Source of the DNA: the human T2T-CHM13v2.0 reference genome, Homo sapiens
NCBI RefSeq assembly: GCF_009914755.1
Contig: NC_060927.1
Reading direction: 5' to 3' (one strand)
DNA length: 64,000 nt
Positions 31,485 to 50,300 of the stretch are shown here, piece after piece. The notes under the pieces were generated by a model. The model searched no databases and was not told where the DNA came from. It worked only from the letters and a program-made list of their open reading frames with translations. The translations under genes were made by a program, and so were the position numbers. Each line of letters opens with the position of its first letter. Positions within the stretch are counted from its first letter, which is position 1.

Positions 31485-33165
31485 GTAAGCAGGGACGGGG
31501 ACATTCCCAGGGTCTTGGGTCGCACACTGCTTTCTGGACCTGGCTGAGATGCTCAGGCCCCTCACGAGTCTAGGGCTTACACTTGGCACCTACCTTGCAG
31601 CCCACACACCTTCTACCTGTCCCCACACCCTCTGAGCCCTCATCTGATGGGCACTAATTTATGCAGGACTCTCTTCCTGCACACATCTGGCCTGAGTCCA
31701 CATGCCCCAAATAAATAGATCATTTTCATAAAAAATATACACTTGTCTGCTTCTTGCTTCTAGCAAGACTCCCAGGCAAGAAATACCACACACGCAAGGC
31801 CTACAGAATAATTCCAGACACTTACCAGCTGTGTCTCCTGGCTTTTTGTTCTCCTGATAATTTCCTAACTCCTCAGCCTTGTTTATGCCTTTCATTTTCA
31901 CTGGTAAAATGGTGGAGAAAGACTAGAATTGTTAGTCATTCAACAAACTTTTTTGGAGACTCTGTGATGTAACAGGTGTTCAGTATCTATTTGCATGAGT
32001 AAACCAAAATCTTTTTTCTTTCTTTTTTTCTTTTTCTTTTCTTTCCTTTTTATTTTTTATTTTTTTTGAGACAGGATTTCACTCTGCTGCCCAGGTTGAA
32101 GTGCAATGGTGCCATCATAGCTCACTGCGCCTTGAACTCCTGGGCTCAAGGGATCCTCCTGCCTCAGCCTCCTGAGTAGCTGGTACTATCAGCACGTACC
32201 ACCACACCCAGCTAACTTTTAAAACAATTTTTTGTAGAGACAGGGTCTCCTTATGTTGCTCACGCTGGCATGGAGCTCCTTGGCTCAAGTGATCCTCCCT
32301 CCTCGGCCTCCCGACGTGCTGGGATTATAGGCGTGGGCCACTGCACACCTGGCTTCAAAAGCCCTTTCTTGAGAAACACAGTTTGGGCATTGGGTGTGTG
32401 GTGGTGGGGGTGTGGGGAGAGATCGAATGTGAATTTACTGACGAATGTGAAAAGGATTTTAACAAGGAATGTGAGGGTCCCACAAAAGCCTCAAGAAGGA
32501 AGCAAGGGAGTGGCCTTGAGTCGGAAAGCCCTTCAGCCCTGAATTGCTCTGATACACATGTCAGCATGTGATTAATTTTAAGAAGATTTCAACCTCTTTA
32601 TCTGCCAATTTAGATAGGAAGTGAAGGTGGTTGGGGAGGTAGAGGTTTTATTTCTGGCTGTGATGTGTGTTTTCTAGATCCATCAGGTGAATTCCCACTC
32701 TAATAGGATTCTGTGCGTAGAATTGATTTTTACGTGCAGTTTGATGATGATCATGATCATATAAAATACACCCAATTGAGAATTGTTCAACTGATTTTGT
32801 CATCCCTGAAAGTGATTTCAGTAACCCCAGACTATGAAATATCTTTTTGAAACACATCCTCAAAGAACACCTGCTTGAAAGGGGGTTTTACGATCCTCAC
32901 TTACAAATGAGAGAACTGAAGCTCCTGGCAGAGAGGTAAGAAAATTAGTGAGTGCCCAAGCTGGAATCTGAAACAAATCTTTCTGCCTCCAAAGCCCAAA
33001 ATTATTTCGTCTGGCTGCAGGGCCCTGTGAGTAATCGAGCCCTTCATCTTGGGAAAGGCATATACAGACCTGGAGCAAAACAGTACGCAGCCATGCTCTG
33101 CATTTAGCAATACTTTGGTTTATTTTTGTTCTCACAGAAATCTCCTTTGCTCTTCCCCTCATTAG
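31485..33165 (+). other. CCR4: CCR4 intron 1 (GT-AG)
   Basis: GTAAGC start; pyrimidine tract TCTCCTTTGCTCTTCCCCTCATTAG at the end; branch-like CTCAC at 33131-33135. Contains an antisense Alu and a MIR-like fragment. Confidence 0.85.
32010..32353 (-). mobile_element. AluJ-like element in the CCR4 intron
   Basis: T-rich tail plus antisense Alu. Confidence 0.9.
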
Positions 33166-33216
33166 CTGCTTCTGGTTGGGCCCAGACCTGCCTTGAGGAG
33201 CCTGTAGAGTTAAAAA

Positions 33217-34299
33217 ATGAACCCCACGGATATAGCAGACACCACCCTCGATGAAAGCATATACAGCAATTACTATCTGTATGAAAGTATCCCCAAGCCT
33301 TGCACCAAAGAAGGCATCAAGGCATTTGGGGAGCTCTTCCTGCCCCCACTGTATTCCTTGGTTTTTGTATTTGGTCTGCTTGGAAATTCTGTGGTGGTTC
33401 TGGTCCTGTTCAAATACAAGCGGCTCAGGTCCATGACTGATGTGTACCTGCTCAACCTTGCCATCTCGGATCTGCTCTTCGTGTTTTCCCTCCCTTTTTG
33501 GGGCTACTATGCAGCAGACCAGTGGGTTTTTGGGCTAGGTCTGTGCAAGATGATTTCCTGGATGTACTTGGTGGGCTTTTACAGTGGCATATTCTTTGTC
33601 ATGCTCATGAGCATTGATAGATACCTGGCAATTGTGCACGCGGTGTTTTCCTTGAGGGCAAGGACCTTGACTTATGGGGTCATCACCAGTTTGGCTACAT
33701 GGTCAGTGGCTGTGTTCGCCTCCCTTCCTGGCTTTCTGTTCAGCACTTGTTATACTGAGCGCAACCATACCTACTGCAAAACCAAGTACTCTCTCAACTC
33801 CACGACGTGGAAGGTTCTCAGCTCCCTGGAAATCAACATTCTCGGATTGGTGATCCCCTTAGGGATCATGCTGTTTTGCTACTCCATGATCATCAGGACC
33901 TTGCAGCATTGTAAAAATGAGAAGAAGAACAAGGCGGTGAAGATGATCTTTGCCGTGGTGGTCCTCTTCCTTGGGTTCTGGACACCTTACAACATAGTGC
34001 TCTTCCTAGAGACCCTGGTGGAGCTAGAAGTCCTTCAGGACTGCACCTTTGAAAGATACTTGGACTATGCCATCCAGGCCACAGAAACTCTGGCTTTTGT
34101 TCACTGCTGCCTTAATCCCATCATCTACTTTTTTCTGGGGGAGAAATTTCGCAAGTACATCCTACAGCTCTTCAAAACCTGCAGGGGCCTTTTTGTGCTC
34201 TGCCAATACTGTGGGCTCCTCCAAATTTATTCTGCTGACACCCCCAGCTCATCTTACACGCAGTCCACCATGGATCATGATCTCCATGATGCTCTGTAG
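33217..34299 (+). CDS. CCR4: C-C chemokine receptor type 4 (class A GPCR), single coding exon, intact
   Basis: 360-aa [25 protein letters not shown]...MDHDLHDAL recognised as human CCR4. Seven hydrophobic helices, [11 protein letters not shown]7 NPIIY, tyrosine-rich N-terminus, Ser/Thr-rich tail. Confidence 0.99.
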   Translation: MNPTDIADTTLDESIYSNYYLYESIPKPCTKEGIKAFGELFLPPLYSLVFVFGLLGNSVVVLVLFKYKRLRSMTDVYLLNLAISDLLFVFSLPFWGYYAADQWVFGLGLCKMISWMYLVGFYSGIFFVMLMSIDRYLAIVHAVFSLRARTLTYGVITSLATWSVAVFASLPGFLFSTCYTERNHTYCKTKYSLNSTTWKVLSSLEINILGLVIPLGIMLFCYSMIIRTLQHCKNEKKNKAVKMIFAVVVLFLGFWTPYNIVLFLETLVELEVLQDCTFERYLDYAIQATETLAFVHCCLNPIIYFFLGEKFRKYILQLFKTCRGLFVLCQYCGLLQIYSADTPSSSYTQSTMDHDLHDAL

Positions 34300-34834
34300 A
34301 AAAATGAAATGGTGAAATGCAGAGTCAATGAACTTTCCACATTCAGAGCTTACTTAAAATTGTATTTTAGTAAGAGATTCCTGAGCCAGTGTCAGGAGGA
34401 AGGCTTACACCCACAGTGGAAAGACAGCTTCTCATCCTGCAGGCAGCTTTTTCTCTCCCACTAGACAAGTCCAGCCTGGCAAGGGTTCACCTGGGCTGAG
34501 GCATCCTTCCTCACACCAGGCTTGCCTGCAGGCATGAGTCAGTCTGATGAGAACTCTGAGCAGTGCTTGAATGAAGTTGTAGGTAATATTGCAAGGCAAA
34601 GACTATTCCCTTCTAACCTGAACTGATGGGTTTCTCCAGAGGGAATTGCAGAGTACTGGCTGATGGAGTAAATCGCTACCTTTTGCTGTGGCAAATGGGC
34701 CCTCTAATTAATTTCTTGCTTTTGCGGAACAATATAGATAACTGTTTTTCTAATAACATATCTCAGGCAAAGTATATTCCATTGAGCCAGATGTATGAAG
34801 AAACAATTAGCGAAGTGATGAAACCAGATCTCAA

Positions 34835-34843
34835 TTATTTATT
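34835..34843 (+). promoter_or_regulatory. AU-rich element nonamer UUAUUUAUU in the CCR4 3'UTR
   Basis: TTATTTATT read directly; canonical ZFP36/TTP site. Confidence 0.45.
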
Positions 34844-35054
34844 GTAAAGGATTATCTGTTAATTGAAACCAAACTTTTTATACTGATATAAGGGTAAGGA
34901 TATGAAGACATTAGCCAAGGTCTGCTTTCCAAACGTGAACTACAAGGCATTCAAAATCCAAACATATTTATGAAAATTCAAACACAGTTTCTCACTTGTT
35001 TGTGGACATGTTTTGTTCTAATTTTAACAGAGGAATATTAAAAAATTTTAAATA

Positions 35055-36016
<962 letters not shown>

Positions 36017-36068
36017 AAGGTCTTTTACTTGTTTATAAACAGTCTCTTCATAATTAAAATTAAGGATT

Positions 36069-36128
36069 AATAAAGTATGACAATACCTCCTTAATCATTT
36101 TGAAGTGCCTGCTATCAATTGAAATAAA
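36069..36128 (+). terminator. Distal polyadenylation signals of CCR4 (2x AATAAA)
   Basis: AATAAA at 36069 and 36123, followed by GT/T-rich GTTATTGTTG. Confidence 0.6.
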
Positions 36129-36228
36129 AACAATCAACTAAAAGTTATTGTTGACACTGTATAAATATGGTTGTTAAAAAATTATGAAATTGTGAAAAGT
36201 GTCATCCTCTCTTAAAATATTGGCCCTA

Positions 36229-38410
<2,182 letters not shown>

Positions 38411-39343
38411 TAACTGTAAATTTTCAGACATTAGACTCATGTCTTTCTTGTTGCAACATACCTAGCCTAGGTGTAATTTGCTCAGGAACAATAGAAGTGG
38501 GTTTGCTTTTGGGGTGATGTAAATGTTTTGGAACGAGTTGGAAGGGTGGGTTGCACAATATTGTGAATATACTAAATGCTATTTAATTGTACATTTTAAA
38601 ATGGTTCATTTTATATTATGTGAATTTTACCTCAACAACAATAACGAGTAATAGGAACTAGTCCAGGCAATATCTGTCCCACAGTAGTTTCTCAAATTCT
38701 ATTGAATAAGTAAATTAATTTCATCTGCTTCTCATGAGAAGGAATAATACAGGGTGAAGCCAAAGGGTCTTTAGACCTTTAGGGAGATTATTTGCAAGGA
38801 ACTCTCCTAACAATTTGGAACGATTTCTATTGAAATAGTTGCCTATTTTGTGCCAAGCAGAATGCTAGTTTATGGAAATAATAAAGAGTTAAAGAAGTAA
38901 GTTCTGCCACTCATGGAATTCACAATCTGATAAAGGAAACACAAACGCAGGATTAACTAGACTGCAAGCAAGACAAGTATGATAATAGAGCCACAAGAAA
39001 GATTCTTTGGGACTCCAGAGGAAGGAGAAATTGATTAAATTTTAAATTCTCATAATATGATTAGCTTTTGAAGTAGACCTTGTAGGAGAGGCATGATTTT
39101 GATGAAGGGAAGGGAGAAAGGACTCCCCAGCCTGATGAAATAGCATCTGAAAAGGCACAGTGGTGTTAAGAGAGCACTGTGTGGTCAGGGGGTAGTAGTA
39201 GGGTTTTCTTGTAGTTAAAGTGCATGGGAGTGGGGCAGTGGAGCAAAGTAGGGAAAGGTGAGACCAAAGAAAAGTACAGACCTAAGAGGCAGCAGCCTTG
39301 AGTTATGGACTGAGTCAGCTGCCATCCTGCTCTGGGCTTGAGA

Positions 39344-40064
<721 letters not shown>

Positions 40065-41599
40065 AAGGACTTTCTGATCAAACTGGGGACAAGAGAACAC
40101 CTAACGTAAATGGAAACTGACCTAGGAGCGGGAAAATGAGGAGACATAATCTTTGCATCAGGGATGTGCTTCATTAATTGCCTTCCAACCATCAACCTCA
40201 CTTAACAGTTGGCTCCTCTATTTTCCTTTAGTCAGTCTCACTTTGGCCCCATAATTTGCGTGTCTCAAGCCCTGAGGCATCTTTCCCTATACACCTTATT
40301 CCTGTTATCGTTACAGCCCATCTCTACCCTTGGTCATGCCACAACCACCTGTCATTCTATATCCTGTACCCTACATCCAGTCAGAGATTGTCCACTCCAT
40401 CTCCAGCCTTTCTTGACTCAAATGAACCAGACATAAACTCCACCCACTTTTTGTGGTCATAATACTTTACCGCTTGAAAGCTTACAATAGCTCCAAATTC
40501 CCCTTTCATAAAATCAGAAATCCAAGTGCTTTTATATATTGACACTCATTTTACCCTCTTCTTAAAGTAGATAAGGTTGATTTTATTACTCGAAGAAATT
40601 GAGGTTCAGGAGAAACAATATTTTAATCATGAATTAGACTCACTCCACCAAAAATACCCACCACCTAACTGCCTAGTAAAATTGCTAGCACAAAACTCAA
40701 TTATTTTTTACTGAATGAGTGGATTTCCTTATCTCTTAATCAAGTACTCTACACTGGCAATTCAAGTTTCTATTTAACTACACAAAGTTCACTAGTCCTG
40801 TCTCCAAAATCCCCGTTGTGTTTCTAATAAGACTTTATGTGACCAAGTTCAAAGATTGACTGAATTGTTCCAGAAATACTGGTGGGCTTTAGGTCAAAAA
40901 TTACTTTATTAAGACTTTTCATATTGAACATAACTGCCAAAGTCTGCATTTTCACCTTTTCTGAGAAATTGTGAAACAGCAGCAAGAAGAATGAATTTTA
41001 AAACCCCCAAACTCCATTTGCACCAGACTTAGAGACAGAGATCCTTTTCAGACTCCAAAATACCTGGATGGTCTGCCCAAAGCAGCTGAGATCAGGTGAA
41101 ACCTGTGTGGGAAAGGGTGAAGTGCAGGGTGGTAAGAGATGGAGCAGGGACAGACGTCAGCAACACGCCAAAGGCATTTCCTGAGCAGAGGGTGCACAGT
41201 GAGGTGCAGGAAGAGAGGTGATCAACACTTGGGTCAGAAGTTCTCCTGGCCCCAGTTTGGTTCTGAGAAGCAGAGGAGGCAGGTTTGCCAAATTTCAAAT
41301 TTGCAGGAGGCAGACAGTCAGTCTCTGTGGCAGCAGAAAAGAAGAGAGCCATCGGGTTGTGAAGACAGCTAGCCTGGAAAACTGCTGCCATCGCCTTCGT
41401 CCTAGGCAGAAACACAAACATAAGCACATTAAACAATGCAAAGACAAATACTGAGAAAAATGACACCATTGACTGTAATCTGGAGAGGAATACTAGAGAA
41501 ATATAGGAAAATACAGAAAAGATTTCATTATCATGATAAAATATGTCTATCTCAGCTGAAAAGGCATCATGGGCCACTCCAGAGGCATTCCAGCTAGCT

Positions 41600-44553
<2,954 letters not shown>

Positions 44554-46809
44554 TGATATGATTTGGCTGTGTCCCCACCCAAATCTCATCTTGAACTGTA
44601 GCTCCCACAATCCCCACGTGTCATGGGAGGGACCCAGTGGGAGGTACTTTGAATCATGAGGTTAGGTTTTTCCCATGCTGTTCTTGTGATAGTGAATAAG
44701 TCTCATGAGATCTGATGGTTTTATAAAGGGCAGTTCCCCGCACACACTCTCTTGCCTGCTGTCATGTAAGATGTGCCTTTGCTCCTTTTTCACCTTCCAC
44801 CATGATTGTGAGGCCTCCCTAGCCATGTGGAACTGAGTCTGTGAAACCTCTTTCCTTTATAAATTACCCAGTCTCAGGTATATCCTTATTAGCAGCATGA
44901 GAACAGACTAATACAGTAAATTGGTACCAGGTAGTGGAGCACTGCTGTAAAGATACCTGAAAATGTGGAAGCGACTTTGGAACTGGGTAACAGGCAGAGG
45001 TTGGAACAGTTTGGAGGGCTCAGAAGAAGACAGGAAGATGTGGGAAAGTTTGGAACTTCCTGGAGACTTGTTGAATGGCTTAGATCAAAATGCTGATAGT
45101 GATATGGACAATAAAGCCCAGATTGAGGTGGTCTCAGATGGAAATAAGGAAGTTCTTGGGGACTGGAGCAAAGGTGACTCTTGTTATACTTTAGCAAAGA
45201 GACTGGTGGCATTTTGCTCCTGGCCTAGAGATCTATGGAACATTGAACTTGAGAGAGATAATTTAGGGTATCTGGTGGAAGAAATTTCCGAGCAGCAAAG
45301 TGTTCAAGAGGAAGCAGAGAATAAAAATTTGGAAAATTTGCCGACTGATGATTTAATAGAAAAGAAAAAAAAAACATTTTCTGGGAAGAACTCCAAGCCT
45401 GCTGCAGAAATTTGCTAAGTAACAAGAAGCTGAATATTCTTCACTAAGATAATGTGGAAAATGTCTTCAGGGGATATCAGAGACCTTTGTGTCAGCCCCT
45501 GCCATTACAGGCCTGGAGGCCTAGGAGGGAAAAATGGTTTCCTGGGCCAGGTCCAGGGCCCCCCTGCAGTGTACAGCTTAAGGACTTGGTGCCCTGTGTC
45601 CCAGCCACTCCAGCCATGGCTAAAAGGGGCCAAGGTATAGCTGGGGCTGTGGCTTCAGAGAGTGCAAGCCCCAATCCTTGGCAGGTTCCATGTTGTGTTG
45701 AGACTGCAGGTGCACAGAAGTCAAGAATTGAGGTTTGGGAACCTCTGCCTAGATTTCAGAAGATGTATGGAAACGCTGGGATGTCCAGGCAGAAGTTTGC
45801 TGCAGTGGTGAGGCCCTCATGGAGAATCTCTGTAGTGCAGAAGGGAAGGTGGGGTTGGAGCCCCTACACAAAGTCTCCACTGCTGTATTGCCTAGTGGAG
45901 TTGTGAGAAGAGGGCCACTGTCCTCCAGACCCTAGAATGGTAGATCCACCAACAGCTTGCACTGTGTACCTGAAAAAACTGCAGACAGTGTCAGCCCGTT
46001 AAACCAGCTGGGAGCGGGCTATACCCTGCAAAGCCACAGGGGCGGAGCTTCCCAAGGCTGTAGGAGCCCATCTCTTGCATCACCATGACCTGGATGTGAG
46101 ACATGGAGTTAAAGGAGATCATTTTGGAACTTTAAGGTTTACTGACTGCCCTATTGGGTTTTGGACTTGCATGGAGCCTGTAGCCCCTTTGTTTTGGCCG
46201 ATTTCTCCCATTTGGAGCAGCTGTATTTACCCAATGCCTGTAACCCCATTGTATCTAGGAAGTAACTAACTTGCTTCTGATTTTACAGGCCCATAGGTAA
46301 GAAGGGAGTTGCCTTGTTTCAGATGAGACTTTGGACTTGGACTTTTGCATTAATGATGGAATGAGTTAAGACTTTAGGGGACTGTTGAAAAGGCATGATT
46401 GGCTTTGAAATGGAAGGACATGAGATTTGGGAGGGGCTGGGGCAGAATGATATGGTTTGGCTGTGTCCCCACCCAAATCTCATCTTGAATTGTAGCTCCC
46501 ATAATCCCCATGTGTCTTGGGAGGGACCCGGTGGGAGGTAATTTAATCATGGCAGTGGGTTTTCCCATGTTGTTCTCATGATAGTGAATAAGTCTCGCAA
46601 GATCTGATGGTTTTATAAAGGACAGTTCCCCTGCATACGCTGTCTTGCCTGCTGCCATGTAAGACGTGCCTTTGCTCCTCCTTGCCTCCTGCCATGATTG
46701 TGAGGCCTCCCCAGCCATGTGGAACTGTGAGTCCATTAGATTTCTTTCCTTTATAAATTACCCGGTCTCTGGTATGTCCTTATTAGCAGCATGAGAATGA
46801 ACTAATACA
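44554..46809 (+). mobile_element. Full THE1 (MaLR, THE1B/C/D-like) element: LTR 44554-44915, internal 44916-46447, LTR 46448-46809
   Basis: TGATATG...ACTAATACA LTR termini; internal region homologous to 5692-7264; degenerate TSD ACAGT/ATACT within L1 sequence. Confidence 0.93.
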
Positions 46810-47292
46810 ATACTTAATGGTGCAAGATGGACTGCTTTCTCCCCAGGATCAGGAACAAGACTAGGATGTCTGCTCTTCCATTTGTATTCATATTGTATTG
46901 GAAGTTCTCATCAGGACAAAAATCAGCAAGAAAAAGAAATAAAAGGGATAGAGATTGAAAAGGAAGAAGCAAAATTATCTTTTTGTAGATGATGTGATCT
47001 TATATGCAGAAAATTCTAAGAAATCCACTATAAAACTATTAGAGCTAATAAGTGAGTTCAGCAGGTTGCAGGATACCAGATCAACATACAAAAAACAATT
47101 GCTTCTACTTTGGGAGGCCAAGACAGGAAGATCACCTGAGGTCAGGAGTTAGAGACCAGCCTGGCCAACATGGTGAAACCTCGTCTCTACTAAAAATACA
47201 AAAATTAGTCAGGCATGGTGGTGTGTGCCTATAATCCCAGCTACTAGGGAGGCTGAGGCAGGAGAGTTGCTTGAACCTGGGAGGTGGAGGTT
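46810..47292 (+). mobile_element. L1 ORF2 fragment followed by an Alu truncated at both ends (47107-47292)
   Basis: Peptide LFVDDVILYAEN.K.STIKLLELISEFS (degenerate RT FADD region). Confidence 0.8.
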
Positions 47293-47314
47293 CAAGATGG
47301 TATGTGAATTATAT

Positions 47315-50300
47315 ATCTCCCTCTACCCACAAAATGCTTAAAAGGTAACTTAACCCTTTGATGGGGCTCAGTCCTTTGGATGTTAATCTGACTGGGCTGG
47401 TGCACCTAAATAATTAATAAATATCCTCCTGAACCCCATCGGTCTCTCTGATTCCTTAAAATCCTGCTACATTTCTGGGAGCTCGCCCATGAATGGAGAC
47501 AACAGATTTACTGTCTCCTTTGTCTGCGGGACTAGAGCCTCAGGGCCAGGGGAGACCTGGCATCCAAGGTGCACCACGGGGGAGTTTCACCTGGATGGAA
47601 ACCAGCTCTCCCTGCATCCCAGCACCCTGCCTGGTAGCGGAACGGAACTGGGGGTGGGGCTGCAGGACAATACCAGCTCTTCAGGAACCACGGTAAGGAG
47701 CAAGGGCCCAAGGCAGGGAAGCCTGTCCCATAAGGACAAAGGGGAGCTTGATCACCTCCCGGGGAATGACCACTAATCCAACTCAGAGAGGCTGAGGGCG
47801 GCAGGAGTGGCTTTTCAATTTGGATGAACTTCGTGTCCCCACTAACAAAGTGAAAGTGGCTACCAAGATGTACATTAACCGAGATCAGGAGGCAAAGAAG
47901 GAGGCTGATTGGAAGCATAAGAAAGGTTAATTTACTAGCAGCAGCCCTTACGGGAAGAGAAGCTGGCTTTGCAAGGAGGCATGGACATGGGCGTGAATGC
48001 AGTCTTGGAAAAGGCTGGTCTGGACAGGAGTTTAAAAACCAGCCAAGGCCAGAGACAGATTAATGTGCATGGTGCAAAAGGAAAGGACATTGGAAGGATA
48101 AATGTCAAAAGAATAAGGAGAATGGTCAAGGCCATGGTATGAAAAAAAACACTGGTCAAGGGCTACTGCACCCAGGAGAAACCCAAGACCCCCTGCACCT
48201 GCTGTGGAAGGCAGGGTATAAAGTGTCAAGAAAAAAAAAGCTCAAATCTGCTCTAAAAGTGTCCAGCATTTAAGCTTTTATATAAGCCAAGAGAAAAGAT
48301 GGCTTAGTAGTGAACAAAAGCAGGCTGTTTGTGCACTTCCTACTCCAACCACCTGGTGTCAAATAAGAGAGTTCCTAAGGGCAGCAAGGTTCTGCTGCAT
48401 TTAGATCCCAAATTTCTTGCTCATGGCTAAGCCATTACATGAAGTCACAAAGAAGAGGAAAGAAGGAGCCCCTCCTCTAGGAGGCCAACCAGGAGAAGGC
48501 TTTTAAAGAAATCAAAGAAGCCTTGACTCAGGCCCCAGCTTTAGGACCGCCAGATCTAACTAACTAAGCTTTTCTTCTTGTATGTCCACAAATGAAAGGG
48601 AGGCCATAGAGGTTCTAACTCAAGCCATAAAGTCATGGCATCGCCCAGTGACATACTTATCCAGGCAATTAGATTCTATGGCACTTGGATGGCCTCCTTG
48701 TTTTAAAGCACTAGCTGCCACTGCCCTACTGGCATGGGCAGCTAATACACTGACTTTAAAAACTGTGAATACCCTAAACCTTAGCTCCTCATCAAGTCAG
48801 TCCCAGGAGGCCCCCTTCATTGCTGTGTGGATGTGGTAGATAGAGTGTTCTCAAGCCGGAGAGATTTGACACATCGGCCCCTTGGAGACCCGGACATTGA
48901 ATATTTTACTGATGGAAGCAGTTTCATACTAAAGGGAGTCCGTCGTGCTGGGTATGCAGTGGTGACTTTGGACTCAGTAGCAGAGGTGCAGTCTTTGCCT
49001 ACAGAAACTTCTGCTTAGAAAGCAGAGCTAATAGCTCTGACAAGAGCTCTCTGGCTAGCAAAAGGCCAAAAGACAAATATTTACACAGATTCCAAATATG
49101 CTTCTGCCACTTTGCATGTTCATGAGGCTATTTATAAAGAAAAAAAGACTTTTAACCGCTGGAAGTAAAGAAATAAAGTAACAAGGAAGAAATTCTACAG
49201 CTCTTAAATGCTGTATGGGCCCCAAAAGAGGTGGCAGTGATGCACTGCAAGGGGCACCAAAAAGCAAGAACACTAAAGGCTAAAGAAAATAGAAAGGCAG
49301 ACAAAGAGGCAAAGCAGGCTGCAATGACAACTCCACCTTCTAAAGAAGAAGCCTTAGCTATGCTTCTCCTCCTGGAGATTCCCCTCCCGGAGATCCCAAG
49401 CTACACTCCAAATGAAAAGGCTTGGTTTTCCCAGGAAAATAAGAACTACATTGAAGGAGGATGGTAAAAATTCTCCAGTGGGAGGCTAGCCATACCTGAA
49501 ATGGTGGCCCCCAGATCTGTAAAAGAGTTCCACCAAGGAACTCACATGGAAAAAACAGCACTAAAGACATCATTAAGGCATCATTTCCATGTGCCATGAC
49601 TCACTGCTATTACTCGAGCCGTTTGTAAACAAACAGTGTTTAACTTGCACTCAGAACAATCCACCACAAGGGCCTACTTGGCCCCCGGGAGTTCAGGAAA
49701 CAGGAGCCATGCCCTGTGAAAAACTGCTTATGGACTTCACCGAATTGCCCTGAGAGGGAGGCTATCAGTACATGTTGGTGTTCATTTGCACCTTTTCAGG
49801 ATAGGTCATGGCCTTCCCCACCTGGACAGAGAAGGCACTAGAGGTGACCAAGGTGTTAAGAGACATTATTCCCAGATTTGGACTGCCTCTAACTCTAAGA
49901 TCAGACAATGAACCAACATTTGTGGCTGAAATAGTTCAGGACTTAACTTGACTATTAAAAATAAAGTGGAAATTACAGACAGCCTACAGGCTGCAGAGCT
50001 CAGGTAAAGTGGAGTGCATGAACCGAACACTCAAACGGCTGCTGAAGAAATTTTGTCAAGAAACTCACGGTGGAATCAAGGTCTTGCCCATGGTCCTCCT
50101 CCGAGTCAGGTGCACCCCCACCTAACAAACTGGGTATTTGCCCTATGAGATTTTGTTCAGCCGGCCACCCCCCATTATAAGTCAGATTAAAGGTAATCTC
50201 TGTAAACTAGAAAAACTAACTTTAAAAAGGCAAATGCAGGCTTTAAGCATGGCCATGCAAAAGATGCATGGCTAGGTATGGAAAAGAATGCCTATAAGTC

